DNA from: Candidatus Omnitrophota bacterium
GTDB lineage: Bacteria; Omnitrophota; Gorgyraeia; Gygaellales; Profunditerraquicolaceae
NCBI GenBank assembly: GCA_041662125.1
Contig: JBAZTA010000001.1
Span: 259,118-323,117, forward strand
DNA length: 64,000 nt
Direction: 5' to 3'
The position numbers and the translations under genes are program-made. The notes beneath the pieces were generated by a model. It did no database searches. It was not told where the DNA came from and saw only the letters and a list, made by a program, of their open reading frames with translations. Of the stretch, positions 19,188-29,104 are shown in pieces (the stretch's first letter is position 1; every line of letters starts with the position of its first letter).

Positions 19188-19334
19188 AACAGCCCTCCCT
19201 TGGTTAAAATGCTTGCATCTGATATTATCAGCATACTTGCAAGCAAGCATTTTGTCAAGTAAAATTATTCTAAATAATTAAAAAATAGCTTTTAGGGGAA
19301 TTACTAAACCAGCGAGATTTTGCTGCTTTTACAG

Positions 19335-19604
19335 TTATTTCTTTACGGCGTTTTGCGGAGTGCTTTGGATAGGATTATTTTGTTGCATTGATACAGGTTG
19401 AGTCATTTCGATTTTAGTTTCTAAACATGCTATCTTTATATTCATAGTCATTAACCAAACAAAAATTGTACCTATAGCTGATGCAGCTATTATCACTATT
19501 GTTGAAAAAGTTTTATCGGAAACTTTTTTATCAATTTTTGCGTCAAGTTCCTTTCTAAGGTCATTGACTTCTTCACGAGAACTGAACGATTTATTTTCGG
19601 CCAT
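19335..19604 (-). CDS. Small hypothetical membrane protein (one TM helix)
   Basis: 89 aa with a charged N-terminal region followed by one hydrophobic helix. Sits in the low-GC island. Confidence 0.4.
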   Translation of the reverse strand: MAENKSFSSREEVNDLRKELDAKIDKKVSDKTFSTIVIIAASAIGTIFVWLMTMNIKIACLETKIEMTQPVSMQQNNPIQSTPQNAVKK

Positions 19605-20041
19605 CAGGATTCACCTTTTGCTCTTGCTAAATCCACCTCTTGAAAGAAGTCATTTATTTTCTTATTATCTGCTGCATAAATAAGCCCCATAGAATCATTT
19701 TGAAAATAAATTGCGACTTCGGCTATATTGTTATCCTGTAATTTTTTATCTATATTAATAATAGCACTAAGAGAAAGGCTTGAAGAGGATGTATTTTTAT
19801 CGTCAATTTCAATTTTAATTAATTTAATATTGGAAAGAATATATACAAGCGCACCTCTTCTATCTTTTCCGAAGTTGCAATTAATTACAAGATATTTCTG
19901 AGGCGTATCTCCATTGACGGTTGATTTAATAAATTCCCCTATTATGGAACGCCTCGATTTATTTATTGTAGGTTCAGTAAGTGCAAAAATCTCATCCAAT
20001 ATTGTATTCAATAATTCATCAGTAATCATACTTAACCTCAA
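19604..20041 (-). CDS. Hypothetical protein (island-specific)
   Basis: 145 aa, no recognisable motifs, AT-rich codon usage, start/stop coupled with its neighbours. Confidence 0.4.
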   Translation of the reverse strand: MRLSMITDELLNTILDEIFALTEPTINKSRRSIIGEFIKSTVNGDTPQKYLVINCNFGKDRRGALVYILSNIKLIKIEIDDKNTSSSSLSLSAIINIDKKLQDNNIAEVAIYFQNDSMGLIYAADNKKINDFFQEVDLARAKGES

Positions 20042-20043
20042 CC

Positions 20044-20274
20044 TTATTTTTTATGCCAACGACTTTCTGCGGCTTTCTTAGCGATTAGTTTTCTTCTATG
20101 GGGGGAAAGTTTCTTTGCCCTAGCTTTCCCGCCTTTTAATCCACCTAATCTACCTAAAACCACAGCAGCTGGATTCTTTTCAGAATTTCCCAACTGATTT
20201 ATTATATCATAAGCCAATTGATTTTCATCTTTTTTTATACTCTTCTGCTTAACCATAATATAATTGTACCACAC
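20044..20274 (-). CDS. Small basic protein with a GGKARAKKLSxxRRKxIAKKAAESRW motif
   Basis: 76 aa. Its C-terminal motif is shared with the N-terminus of the P63C-like protein at 18165..19187. Confidence 0.45.
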   Translation of the reverse strand: MWYNYIMVKQKSIKKDENQLAYDIINQLGNSEKNPAAVVLGRLGGLKGGKARAKKLSPHRRKLIAKKAAESRWHKK

Positions 20275-20326
20275 ATCCTTGAGCCGTCAAGCATTCTTAA
20301 AATTCAAATTGACCCACTACCAGGCT

Positions 20327-21067
20327 TTAGTACTTTACCTTCATAAGGCACAATCCGCAGGCAGGAGCCGTCACACCAGCTTGTTTCCTATCTTTGGAAA
20401 GCAATATTTTCTTCATACTCCCCTGAGGGAACTTGCCTCGACCTATGTCAATAAGAGTGCCGGAGATATTACGCACCATATTATACAAAAACCCGTCTGC
20501 CTGTATATATATTCGGATACAATCGCCTTTTTTTTCGATCTTAACCTGAGTGATATTCTTAACGGGATTCTTTTCCTTTTTCGCTGTTGCCTGAAACGCT
20601 TTAAAATTATGTTTTCCCAAAAGGCAGGCTGCTTCCTGACGCATCAAGCTCACCTTAAGCGGAAAGCGGCAAAAATAAGCCCGGTCCTTCAATAAAGCTG
20701 ACCGGTGAACCCGATTAAGGATAGTATAACAATAAACTTTTGATTTGGCATGAAAACGGCTGTGAAAATCGACAGCAGCTTCCTCTATATTGACCACACT
20801 GATATCAGCCGGCAAAAGCGCGTTCATGCCTTCATGCATACGCGCAAGAGGCAACAATGACCCAGTCTTAAAATTAGCAACTTGTTCCTGAGCGTGCACC
20901 CCGGCATCAGTGCGCCCTGAAGCAACAAGTTTGACTTGCTCCTGAAGTATTTGATGAAGCGCTCCCTCTATTGTCGCCTGAATCGTAGGGACTTTTTTAG
21001 TTCTTTGGGACTGCCAACCGGCAAACCTGGTGCCGTCATATTCAAGAGTCAATTTTATATTACGCAT
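20327..21067 (-). CDS. truA: tRNA pseudouridine(38-40) synthase
   Basis: TruA core with a catalytic Asp in RTDAGVHA. The start is trimmed to MRNIKLTLEYDG. Confidence 0.85.
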   Translation of the reverse strand: MRNIKLTLEYDGTRFAGWQSQRTKKVPTIQATIEGALHQILQEQVKLVASGRTDAGVHAQEQVANFKTGSLLPLARMHEGMNALLPADISVVNIEEAAVDFHSRFHAKSKVYCYTILNRVHRSALLKDRAYFCRFPLKVSLMRQEAACLLGKHNFKAFQATAKKEKNPVKNITQVKIEKKGDCIRIYIQADGFLYNMVRNISGTLIDIGRGKFPQGSMKKILLSKDRKQAGVTAPACGLCLMKVKY

Positions 21068-21074
21068 AGCGCTC

Positions 21075-22559
21075 CTATCCCAAAACCCTTTTTCCCTGAG
21101 GCTTGTAATAAAAATATATCGCTGCAAAAAAAGGAAGAATAACCAGGATTAACAACACCAACGCATACCCGGCAAGATTAATGCCCGGCAGGAATAAAAA
21201 TATGCTCGCTGCCAAGAAATTATTCACGAAATGCCAGAGTATCGCTACTTCAATACCTGCCAGCAACAAAAGGTATCCAGCGGCAATACCGGTAAGGAAT
21301 TTTTCAATCCCCGCGAATACCCCGGGATACATACTGCCGTCAGTTGAAGTATGTAAGAATCCCCAAATAAAAGCCGCGACAACCACCGCTAAAAGACTGC
21401 TTTTAAACTTTTTCTTACAGAAAGCAATAGTAAAACCGCGAAAGAACTCTTCTGTAACTGCAGGAAGTGCGGCTAAAGCAAAAGGAGTCCAATACATGTT
21501 TTTTGAAGTAAAAATACCTCCGGCTATCTTATCGATACCGACATCCCAAACCAAACGAAAATGCATCAAAACAGAATAAAATCCTAAAACACCAATAAAA
21601 CTGATAAAAGCAAAAGAATAACCAATAATGACACGGGCAGCAAGCGGCTCTTTTTTATTATTAAAAATATCCCTTGCGAAACTTTCCCGGAAACAATCCC
21701 GCGTAACACTCACCGTAACCATAACCGCCAGGCTAAACATGAGCACCGATATCAATTTAAAGACTATATCAGCGGATACCGAGAACATGGTTTCTTCAGT
21801 AAGGTTCGTAACAAAGAAAAATAAACCGAGCACAACCGCGTAAATCTTCCCCAATTTCCAATCCAATTGTTTTCTCTTAAGGAAGGCTATTACCACCATG
21901 ATCACGCTCAATACAAAAGACAGGCCGAGTGCAACAAAAAACCAGGTTTGGGAGAACAAAATATCTTTATAATACCTATCCTTAAATCTTTGAGGAAGGG
22001 TTAAACCTTTCGAAAAAGAAACAACCCCTTCTTTTACTTTCAGGAAGAGCGCATCGTGAATTTCATTGATCAAGGGTTTTTTGCTCACCCAGCAAAGAAA
22101 TGATTCTAAAGGCTGGCCAGCTATATTTTTATTAAGCTGGGGTTCTGATTGAAACAATGCAATATCACTTCCTTGAGCAGCAATAAAATCAGTTGCTGCC
22201 TTTAACGCAGCCGCTTTATCAAGTAAACAATTGTCTCTCTGCCCCCAGGCATGGCCTGCAAGTTCAAAGCCTACCACTCTGCCATTACGGCTGTCAATAC
22301 TCAAACTCACGCTCCCTTTTTGAGCGTCTTGCCCCCGCAACACCCAATATGCATACACAAGGCCTTTTTCTTGGATCAAACGCTTTACGTGAGGATATCC
22401 AAACCGTTCCAGAAGATACAACGTATCAATGTTTCTCGAGGAAAAATCAACGGAATGGACAACGCAATGACGCAGATCAATACCAACATCTACGGTATCA
22501 ATAAATGTTTGCGCCAAACAAACAGCTTGTTGCTTGCTGACAACAGGAGCACTCAACAA
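21075..22559 (-). CDS. CPBP-family (CAAX protease-like) intramembrane metalloprotease with a large N-terminal extracytoplasmic domain
   Basis: C-terminal motifs TEEFFRG, FIWGFLH and HFVNNF. The annotated start is a TTG. A hydrophobic leader continues in-frame upstream without an ATG (see findings). Confidence 0.65.
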   Translation of the reverse strand: MLSAPVVSKQQAVCLAQTFIDTVDVGIDLRHCVVHSVDFSSRNIDTLYLLERFGYPHVKRLIQEKGLVYAYWVLRGQDAQKGSVSLSIDSRNGRVVGFELAGHAWGQRDNCLLDKAAALKAATDFIAAQGSDIALFQSEPQLNKNIAGQPLESFLCWVSKKPLINEIHDALFLKVKEGVVSFSKGLTLPQRFKDRYYKDILFSQTWFFVALGLSFVLSVIMVVIAFLKRKQLDWKLGKIYAVVLGLFFFVTNLTEETMFSVSADIVFKLISVLMFSLAVMVTVSVTRDCFRESFARDIFNNKKEPLAARVIIGYSFAFISFIGVLGFYSVLMHFRLVWDVGIDKIAGGIFTSKNMYWTPFALAALPAVTEEFFRGFTIAFCKKKFKSSLLAVVVAAFIWGFLHTSTDGSMYPGVFAGIEKFLTGIAAGYLLLLAGIEVAILWHFVNNFLAASIFLFLPGINLAGYALVLLILVILPFFAAIYFYYKPQGKRVLG

Positions 22560-22677
22560 ATCTGAATCAGAAGGTTGGAAAAAGGAATAACAGGCAAAAA
22601 CAGTGAGGAAAGAAAAAGAAAGTATTCCAAAAAGAAGAAACCGAGTTACAAATTTCCTATCCAGTGAGGCACCCCCT

Positions 22678-23727
22678 TTATTGGATCAAAGCTTCAGCGA
22701 TTTGCACGGCATTAAGCGCGGCACCTTTAAGCAGGTTATCCGCGACAATCCATAACCATAAGCCGTTTTTAACGAATGGGTCCCGCCGGACCCTGCCGAT
22801 AAAAACCTCACCCCTGCCTTCAACATCTTTCGGCATCGGATAAAGCCCTTTCGACGGGTCATCAACTAAGATCACTCCGGGACTTTTGGCGAGAAGCTTC
22901 TTGACCGCCTCAGGCTGAAGCGGAGATTTTGTTTCAATATAAACACTCTCAGAATGTCCCGTACGGACCGGCACACGCACGGTAGTAGCGGAGACTTTTA
23001 TCTTTGAGTCATTCATGATTTTATGTGTCTCACGAACCAACTTCCACTCTTCACTGGTATAATCATCATCAGTAAACCCGCCAATTTGAGGGAACACATT
23101 AAATGCCAACTGCTGCGGCATGCTTCTGGTCTCTGCAGGCAGTTTACTTTCAATAGATGCATTACCTGCCGCCTGAGACTTACGGCCTGCGACTATCTGG
23201 TCCAACTCATTCCACAACTGTTCAACCGCGCTCTTACCAGCGCCTGAAGAAGCCTGCAGCGTTGTAACAATGACCCTTTTAATACCTGCTTTCTTATAAA
23301 TAGGATTCAACGCCACTACCATCTGTATAGTAGAACAATTCGGATTGGCAATTATCCCTTTATGCTTCTTAATATCTCTAGCATTTACCTCCGGGACCAC
23401 CAGGGGGACACCAGGATCCATACGAAAATCAGCGCCATTATCGATAACGATAGCTCCTCTTTTTACCGCTTCTGCGGCATACTTGACCGCAGCGCCCTTT
23501 TCTCCTTCAGTACCGGCGAACAACGCGATATCAATCCCTTCAAAACCTTCAGGAGAAACCGCCTCAACCTGGTATTTCTGGCCATCAACGTCTATTTCCC
23601 TGGAAGAACGCGCAAGGACCCGTAATTGCGCTACCGGAAATTTACGCTGTCTAAGACAACGCAACATTTCAATTCCAACCACTCCAACGCCGACGACTGC
23701 AACATTATATTTTGATTTCTTGATCAT
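22678..23727 (-). CDS. asd: Aspartate-semialdehyde dehydrogenase
   Basis: NAD(P)-binding VGVGVVG N-terminus and the active-site NPNCSTI Cys motif. Confidence 0.9.
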   Translation of the reverse strand: MIKKSKYNVAVVGVGVVGIEMLRCLRQRKFPVAQLRVLARSSREIDVDGQKYQVEAVSPEGFEGIDIALFAGTEGEKGAAVKYAAEAVKRGAIVIDNGADFRMDPGVPLVVPEVNARDIKKHKGIIANPNCSTIQMVVALNPIYKKAGIKRVIVTTLQASSGAGKSAVEQLWNELDQIVAGRKSQAAGNASIESKLPAETRSMPQQLAFNVFPQIGGFTDDDYTSEEWKLVRETHKIMNDSKIKVSATTVRVPVRTGHSESVYIETKSPLQPEAVKKLLAKSPGVILVDDPSKGLYPMPKDVEGRGEVFIGRVRRDPFVKNGLWLWIVADNLLKGAALNAVQIAEALIQ

Positions 23728-23749
23728 CTCAATAACCTCATCTTAGAAA

Positions 23750-24799
23750 TTACAGGTTCTTAACAACCAAATCGCCTATTTCTGTGGTGCTAAAGCCCAT
23801 TTTACCTGCCGCAAGCGATTTCAAATCTTTTGCCACGATCTTTATCACCGCGTTCTCGATTGCTTTACCCGCGGCGACTTCGCCCAAATTCTCCAGCATC
23901 ATACCGGCGGCACAGATCGCCGCTAAAGGATTGATCACGTTCTTACCGGTATATTTAGGAGCTGAGCCGCCGATAGGCTCAAACATCGAAACGCCTTGTG
24001 GATTAATGTTGCCCCCCGCAGCAATACCCATACCTCCCTGTACCATCGCCCCTAAATCAGTAATAATATCACCAAACATATTATCCGTGACAATAACATC
24101 AAACCACTCAGGATTCTTTACAAACCACATCGTGGTAGCGTCAACATGGGCATAATCGGTAGTAATATCAGGGTATTCCTTCGCGATCTCATTAAAGGTC
24201 CTTTGCCAGAGATCCCATGCATAGGTAAGAACATTGGTCTTACCGCACAAGGTCAGTTTTTTCCTTTTATTGCGTTTGCGGCAGAAATCAAAAGCATAAC
24301 GCACGCAGCGTTCAACGCCTTTACGGGTATTATAGGAGATCTGAATGGCAACTTCATCCTGCGTGCCTTTCTTCTGGAATTCTCCCATCCCTTTATACAA
24401 CCCTTCTGAATTTTCTCTGACTACGACAAAATCAATATCTTCCGGCAACTTATCTTTCAACGGGCAAAAAGCAGAATTATAAAGCTTCACCGGCCTTAGA
24501 TTAATATACTGGTCCAATGAAAAGCGTAATTTCAATAATACGCCCGTTTCCAGGATACCCGGCTTTACTTCAGGATGTCCGATCGCTCCCAGAAAAATAG
24601 CGGAATATTTTCTTAACTCCTCAATATCTTTTTCTTCCAGCGTCTTGCCTGTCTTTAAATACCGCTCACCGCCAAAATCAAATACTTTTTGCTCGTATTT
24701 AAAATTAAATTTCTTCGCCGCGGCTGCTAAAACCTTTAATCCTTCGTTAACAACTTCAGGGCCGGTACCGTCACCGGGAATAACCGCTATGGTATACAT
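23750..24799 (-). CDS. leuB: 3-isopropylmalate dehydrogenase
   Basis: Isocitrate/isopropylmalate dehydrogenase signature (NMFGDIITDLGA) and GDGTGPEV. Confidence 0.9.
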   Translation of the reverse strand: MYTIAVIPGDGTGPEVVNEGLKVLAAAAKKFNFKYEQKVFDFGGERYLKTGKTLEEKDIEELRKYSAIFLGAIGHPEVKPGILETGVLLKLRFSLDQYINLRPVKLYNSAFCPLKDKLPEDIDFVVVRENSEGLYKGMGEFQKKGTQDEVAIQISYNTRKGVERCVRYAFDFCRKRNKRKKLTLCGKTNVLTYAWDLWQRTFNEIAKEYPDITTDYAHVDATTMWFVKNPEWFDVIVTDNMFGDIITDLGAMVQGGMGIAAGGNINPQGVSMFEPIGGSAPKYTGKNVINPLAAICAAGMMLENLGEVAAGKAIENAVIKIVAKDLKSLAAGKMGFSTTEIGDLVVKNL

Positions 24800-24846
24800 T
24801 CGTCAGGCTCCTTATTCATGAGTATCGTTAATTCCGTTAAACGATA

Positions 24847-25338
24847 CTAACGACAATAACGATGCTTAATATATTTCATTAACCCGCCGGCTTGCACCAA
24901 TTCCTGCAAAAAACCGGGAAATGCCTGGGTTTTATAAACTGTATTGCGGGTTATATTCTTAATGCTTCCCGCATTTAAATCTATCTCAAGTTCATCCCCG
25001 TCTGATATTTTATCGATCTCTTCTGATTCTAAGAAAGGCAGTCCTATATTGATCGCATTGCGAAAGAAGATCGCCGCGAAGCTGCGGGCAATGACCGCGG
25101 AAACCCCGCACCCTTTAATTGCCAGCGGAGCGTGTTCCCTGGATGAACCGCATCCAAAATTCTTTCCCCCAACAATAATATCGCCAGGCTTAACTTTACC
25201 CGCGAAATCAGGCTTAATACTTTCCAAACAATGCTTGCCTAATTCCTGAGCATCGGTCGAAACCAAATACTTGGCGGCAATGATATCATCCGTATTTACG
25301 TCATCTCCGAATTTATGGACTTTTCCTTTTATGATCAT
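24847..25338 (-). CDS. leuD: 3-isopropylmalate dehydratase small subunit
   Basis: LeuD/aconitase swivel domain, adjacent to leuC. Confidence 0.85.
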   Translation of the reverse strand: MIIKGKVHKFGDDVNTDDIIAAKYLVSTDAQELGKHCLESIKPDFAGKVKPGDIIVGGKNFGCGSSREHAPLAIKGCGVSAVIARSFAAIFFRNAINIGLPFLESEEIDKISDGDELEIDLNAGSIKNITRNTVYKTQAFPGFLQELVQAGGLMKYIKHRYCR

Positions 25339-25343
25339 ACTGT

Positions 25344-26630
25344 TTAAACTTCCCCCGGATGCGTGATCTTCCCCGTGATCGCGGAAGCAGCTGCAACCGC
25401 GGGATTAGACAAATACACAAACGATTCCGGACTTCCCATCCTGCCGATAAAATTCCTATTGGTAGTTGCCAAACAAGTTTCGCCTACGGTCAAGATCCCC
25501 ATATGGCCTCCCAGGCATGGGCCGCAGGTCGGAGTAGAAAAAATCCCTCCTGCTTTTACAAAGATCTCCGCCAGCCCCTCTTTTACAGATTGCAGGTAAA
25601 TCTTTTGAGTGGCTGGAATAACGATCAAACGCAACCCTGTTTTTACTTTCTTGCCTTTTAAGATCTTTGCGGCAACACGAATATCAGTGATCCTGCCATT
25701 CGTACAAGAACCGATAACAACCTGATCAAGTTTAACAGTGCTCAATTTACTCGCCGGCTTAACGTTGCTGGGTAAATGCGGACAGGAAACAACCGGTTCT
25801 AATCCCGAAACATCCCATTCATATATCTTTTCGTAATTCGCATTAAGATCTGATTTTAAATTTTCGCATGATAAAGATTTCATGCCGCATTTCTTAGGCT
25901 TTTTCCCTGTAACTTGTGTAACATACTCCCACGTAATCTCATCAGGCTCGATAATACCCACGCGGGCACCGGCTTCAATCGCCATATTACTCATGGTAAA
26001 CCTGCCATCCATCGGCAGTTTACGGATAACCGGGCCAGAGAACTCCATAGCCTTATACAACGCGCCGTCAACGCCGATCTGCCCGATAGTAAACAAAATC
26101 AGGTCTTTACCTTCCACCCACTTCGGCAGCTTACCTTTATAAACAAACTTTATTGATGCCGGAACTTTCAGCCAAATCTTCCCATCAACAAAACCGCGCG
26201 CCAGATCAGTAGAACCGATCCCTGTCGAATAACATCCTAACGCTCCATAGGTACAGGTGTGAGAATCAGCGCCAATGACCAAGTCCCCCGGTTTAACCAA
26301 TCCCATTTCCGGCAGAAGCGCATGTTCAATTCCCATACAGCCTATTTCAAAATAATTCTTTATCTTCTGCTCTGCGGCAAACGAAGCCAAAATCTTACAT
26401 TGATTAGCACTTCTCAAATCTTTTGCCGGGGCGAAATGGTCAGGGACCAGGACAATTTTATTCTTATCAAAAATCTTAGTAAAACCGGCTTTCTTGAATT
26501 CTTCGATCGCTAAAGGCGCGGTAATATCATTACCAAGCGCCAGGTCAATATTTGCCTCAATAAATTCACCGGGCTTTATATTTTTATTTGCGGAGTGAGC
26601 AAGTAATATTTTCTCTGCGATGGTATACAT
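25344..26630 (-). CDS. leuC: 3-isopropylmalate dehydratase large subunit
   Basis: Aconitase-family Fe-S cysteines (CTNGR, TPTCGPC) in a 428 aa archaeal-type short LeuC. Confidence 0.9.
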   Translation of the reverse strand: MYTIAEKILLAHSANKNIKPGEFIEANIDLALGNDITAPLAIEEFKKAGFTKIFDKNKIVLVPDHFAPAKDLRSANQCKILASFAAEQKIKNYFEIGCMGIEHALLPEMGLVKPGDLVIGADSHTCTYGALGCYSTGIGSTDLARGFVDGKIWLKVPASIKFVYKGKLPKWVEGKDLILFTIGQIGVDGALYKAMEFSGPVIRKLPMDGRFTMSNMAIEAGARVGIIEPDEITWEYVTQVTGKKPKKCGMKSLSCENLKSDLNANYEKIYEWDVSGLEPVVSCPHLPSNVKPASKLSTVKLDQVVIGSCTNGRITDIRVAAKILKGKKVKTGLRLIVIPATQKIYLQSVKEGLAEIFVKAGGIFSTPTCGPCLGGHMGILTVGETCLATTNRNFIGRMGSPESFVYLSNPAVAAASAITGKITHPGEV

Positions 26631-26662
26631 ATATCCAGTAACGAATAATTGTAAACGAATGC

Positions 26663-27907
26663 CTAACTTTTGAATTTCTTAACCACAACTGTGGCATTAT
26701 GGCCGCCAAAACCTAAAGAATTAGACAATGCAACTTCCACTTCGGTTTTACGTGCCACATTGGGGACATAATCGAGGTCGCAATCAGGATCAGGGAATTC
26801 ATAATTGATCGTAGGAGGAACAATATTTTCCTGTACGCTTAAACAAGACGCGATGAATTCAACGCCGCCGGCAGCTCCCAACAAATGGCCGGTCACCGAT
26901 TTTGTCGAAGATATCATCACTTTTTTCGCATGGCTTCCCAAAGCTTTTTTAATTGCCAGCGTCTCAACTTTATCATTTAATTTTGTCGAAGTACCATGCG
27001 CATTAATATAATCGACATCAACAGGGTCTACTTTAGCATCACGCATTGCCCGGCGCATTGCTAATGAAGCGCCGTATCCTTCAGGGTCAGGCGCGGTAAG
27101 ATGATAAGCATCACAGGACATGCCAAAACCAGCTACTTCAGCATAAATACGCGCTTTTCTATTCTTCGCATGGTCTAATGTTTCCAAAACCACCACACCA
27201 CAGCCTTCCGCCATAACAAAACCATTACGCTCCCGGTCAAAAGGCCGGCTTGCTTTCTGCGGGTCATCATTACGGGTCGACAGCGCCTTCAACGCGCAGA
27301 AACCGCCGACACCCAAAGTCGTGATACAACTTTCTGTCCCTCCCGCGATCATAATATCAGCATCGCCACGCTGTAATATCCTCAATGCCTCTCCAATAGA
27401 ATGATTCCCGGAAGCACAGGCAGTCGTAACGCAGGAATTCGGCCCCTTAAACCCAAAAGTGATACCAACATGGCCGCTTGCCTCATTGACGATCAACATA
27501 GGGATTAAAAAAGGAGAAATGCGCGATGGCCCCCCCTTAAGAAACACCTTATGTTCCTCTTCAATAATACGCAGGCTGCCGATACCGGAACCGATAATGA
27601 CACCAATATTCTCCTTATCTTCTTTTTCCAGGTCTAAAGCAGAATCAACAATCGCCTGTTTCGAACAGGCGATCGCGTATTGCACAAACTTTTCCATCCG
27701 GTGCGTATCTTTTTTAGAGATCCCGTAAAGCAAATGGTCAAACCCTTTAACCTCACCGGCAATATGGCTGTCGAAAGCAGAAGCATCAAAGGTTGTTAAC
27801 GGGCCTATACCTGATTTACCTTCCTTTAATGAATTCCAAAAAGAACTCACGTCATTTCCAACCGGAGAAATAATACCTAATCCTGTAACAACTACTCTAT
27901 TTTCCAT
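26663..27907 (-). CDS. fabF: 3-oxoacyl-[ACP] synthase II
   Basis: KAS-II active-site Cys (ACASG) and both His motifs. The start is trimmed to MENRVVVTGLG. The full ORF runs to 27949. Confidence 0.9.
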   Translation of the reverse strand: MENRVVVTGLGIISPVGNDVSSFWNSLKEGKSGIGPLTTFDASAFDSHIAGEVKGFDHLLYGISKKDTHRMEKFVQYAIACSKQAIVDSALDLEKEDKENIGVIIGSGIGSLRIIEEEHKVFLKGGPSRISPFLIPMLIVNEASGHVGITFGFKGPNSCVTTACASGNHSIGEALRILQRGDADIMIAGGTESCITTLGVGGFCALKALSTRNDDPQKASRPFDRERNGFVMAEGCGVVVLETLDHAKNRKARIYAEVAGFGMSCDAYHLTAPDPEGYGASLAMRRAMRDAKVDPVDVDYINAHGTSTKLNDKVETLAIKKALGSHAKKVMISSTKSVTGHLLGAAGGVEFIASCLSVQENIVPPTINYEFPDPDCDLDYVPNVARKTEVEVALSNSLGFGGHNATVVVKKFKS

Positions 27908-28043
27908 AGTTTTCTTAATTACAGTTGATTTCCCGAAAATGCCTGGCATACTCAGGAAATTCGGTTTGACTCACACTAAAACTTACCCCGCCAAATGAAA
28001 CGGCGGGGTATGATTCCCAAAAATGGGGAACTGTATATTAATA

Positions 28044-28280
28044 TTACTTATTTGACTTTTCTTCGATATATTTAACAGCATCTCCAACCGTGGTGATCTT
28101 TTCAGCATCTTCATCAGGAATCTCAATCCCGAATTCCTCTTCAAACGCCATGACCAATTCAACGGTATCCAGAGAATCAGCTCCTAAATCATCAATAAAT
28201 GATGCTTCAGGCGTAACCTCTTCAGGCTTCACACCCAGTTGTTCCGCTATTATTGATTTTACTTTATCAGCAACTGCCAT
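28044..28280 (-). CDS. acpP: Acyl carrier protein
   Basis: DLGADSLD phosphopantetheine attachment motif. 78 aa from an ATG 7 nt after a GGAGG SD. Confidence 0.9.
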   Translation of the reverse strand: MAVADKVKSIIAEQLGVKPEEVTPEASFIDDLGADSLDTVELVMAFEEEFGIEIPDEDAEKITTVGDAVKYIEEKSNK

Positions 28281-28343
28281 TCTTTTTTCCTCCTTTGTAA
28301 CCACCTATACACGGGTCAATCAGCATACCGTGTTTCTTGTGGC

Positions 28344-29087
28344 CTATACCATAACCATACCGCCATCAACGATCAATGTCTGGCCGGTAATGTAATCTGC
28401 TTCACCAGAAGCTAAAAACAAACACGCATTCGCTACATCTTCAGGGCTGCCCAACGTACCTAAGGGAATATCCGCTAACATCTTATCCTTTAAGTCTTGA
28501 GGCAACTTTGCCGTCATCTCTGTCTGAATAAATCCCGGAGCTACCGCATTAGCAGTTATATTACGGGAAGCTAATTCGCGTGCCGTGGTTTTTGTCAGAG
28601 CAATGATGCCTGCTTTGGAGGCAGAATAATTTGCCTGCCCCGCGTTACCAATTACTCCGATAATCGAAGCAATATTAACAATTTTACCCGCCCTTTGCTT
28701 GACCATCGGCTTAGATACGGCTTTGGTACAATTAAACGTACCTTTCAAGTTCACATTGATCACCGTATCCCACTCAACCTGGCTCATCCGCAAAAGAAGA
28801 TTGTCTTTGGTGATGCCAGCGTTGTTAACTAATATATCAACCCTTCCGAATTTGTCAAGAATTTTGTTAATTACTTCCTCTACTTTCACATAATCCGTTA
28901 CATCCAGCAGAAGAGCAACAGACTGTCTTCCCATTGCTTCGATCTCCTGCGCTGTTCTTTCAGCTTCCTGAACGTTAACATCTCCGACTACGATATGAGC
29001 GCCTTCTTTGGCAAATAAAAGCGCAATTGATCTGCCTATCCCCCGCGCGCCACCTGTTATCAATACAACCTTATCTTTTAAACGCAT
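28344..29087 (-). CDS. fabG: 3-oxoacyl-[ACP] reductase
   Basis: SDR motifs TGGARGIG, NNAG and YxxxK (YSASKAG). Confidence 0.9.
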   Translation of the reverse strand: MRLKDKVVLITGGARGIGRSIALLFAKEGAHIVVGDVNVQEAERTAQEIEAMGRQSVALLLDVTDYVKVEEVINKILDKFGRVDILVNNAGITKDNLLLRMSQVEWDTVINVNLKGTFNCTKAVSKPMVKQRAGKIVNIASIIGVIGNAGQANYSASKAGIIALTKTTARELASRNITANAVAPGFIQTEMTAKLPQDLKDKMLADIPLGTLGSPEDVANACLFLASGEADYITGQTLIVDGGMVMV

Positions 29088-29104
29088 AGTTAGCTCTCCT
29101 GCTT

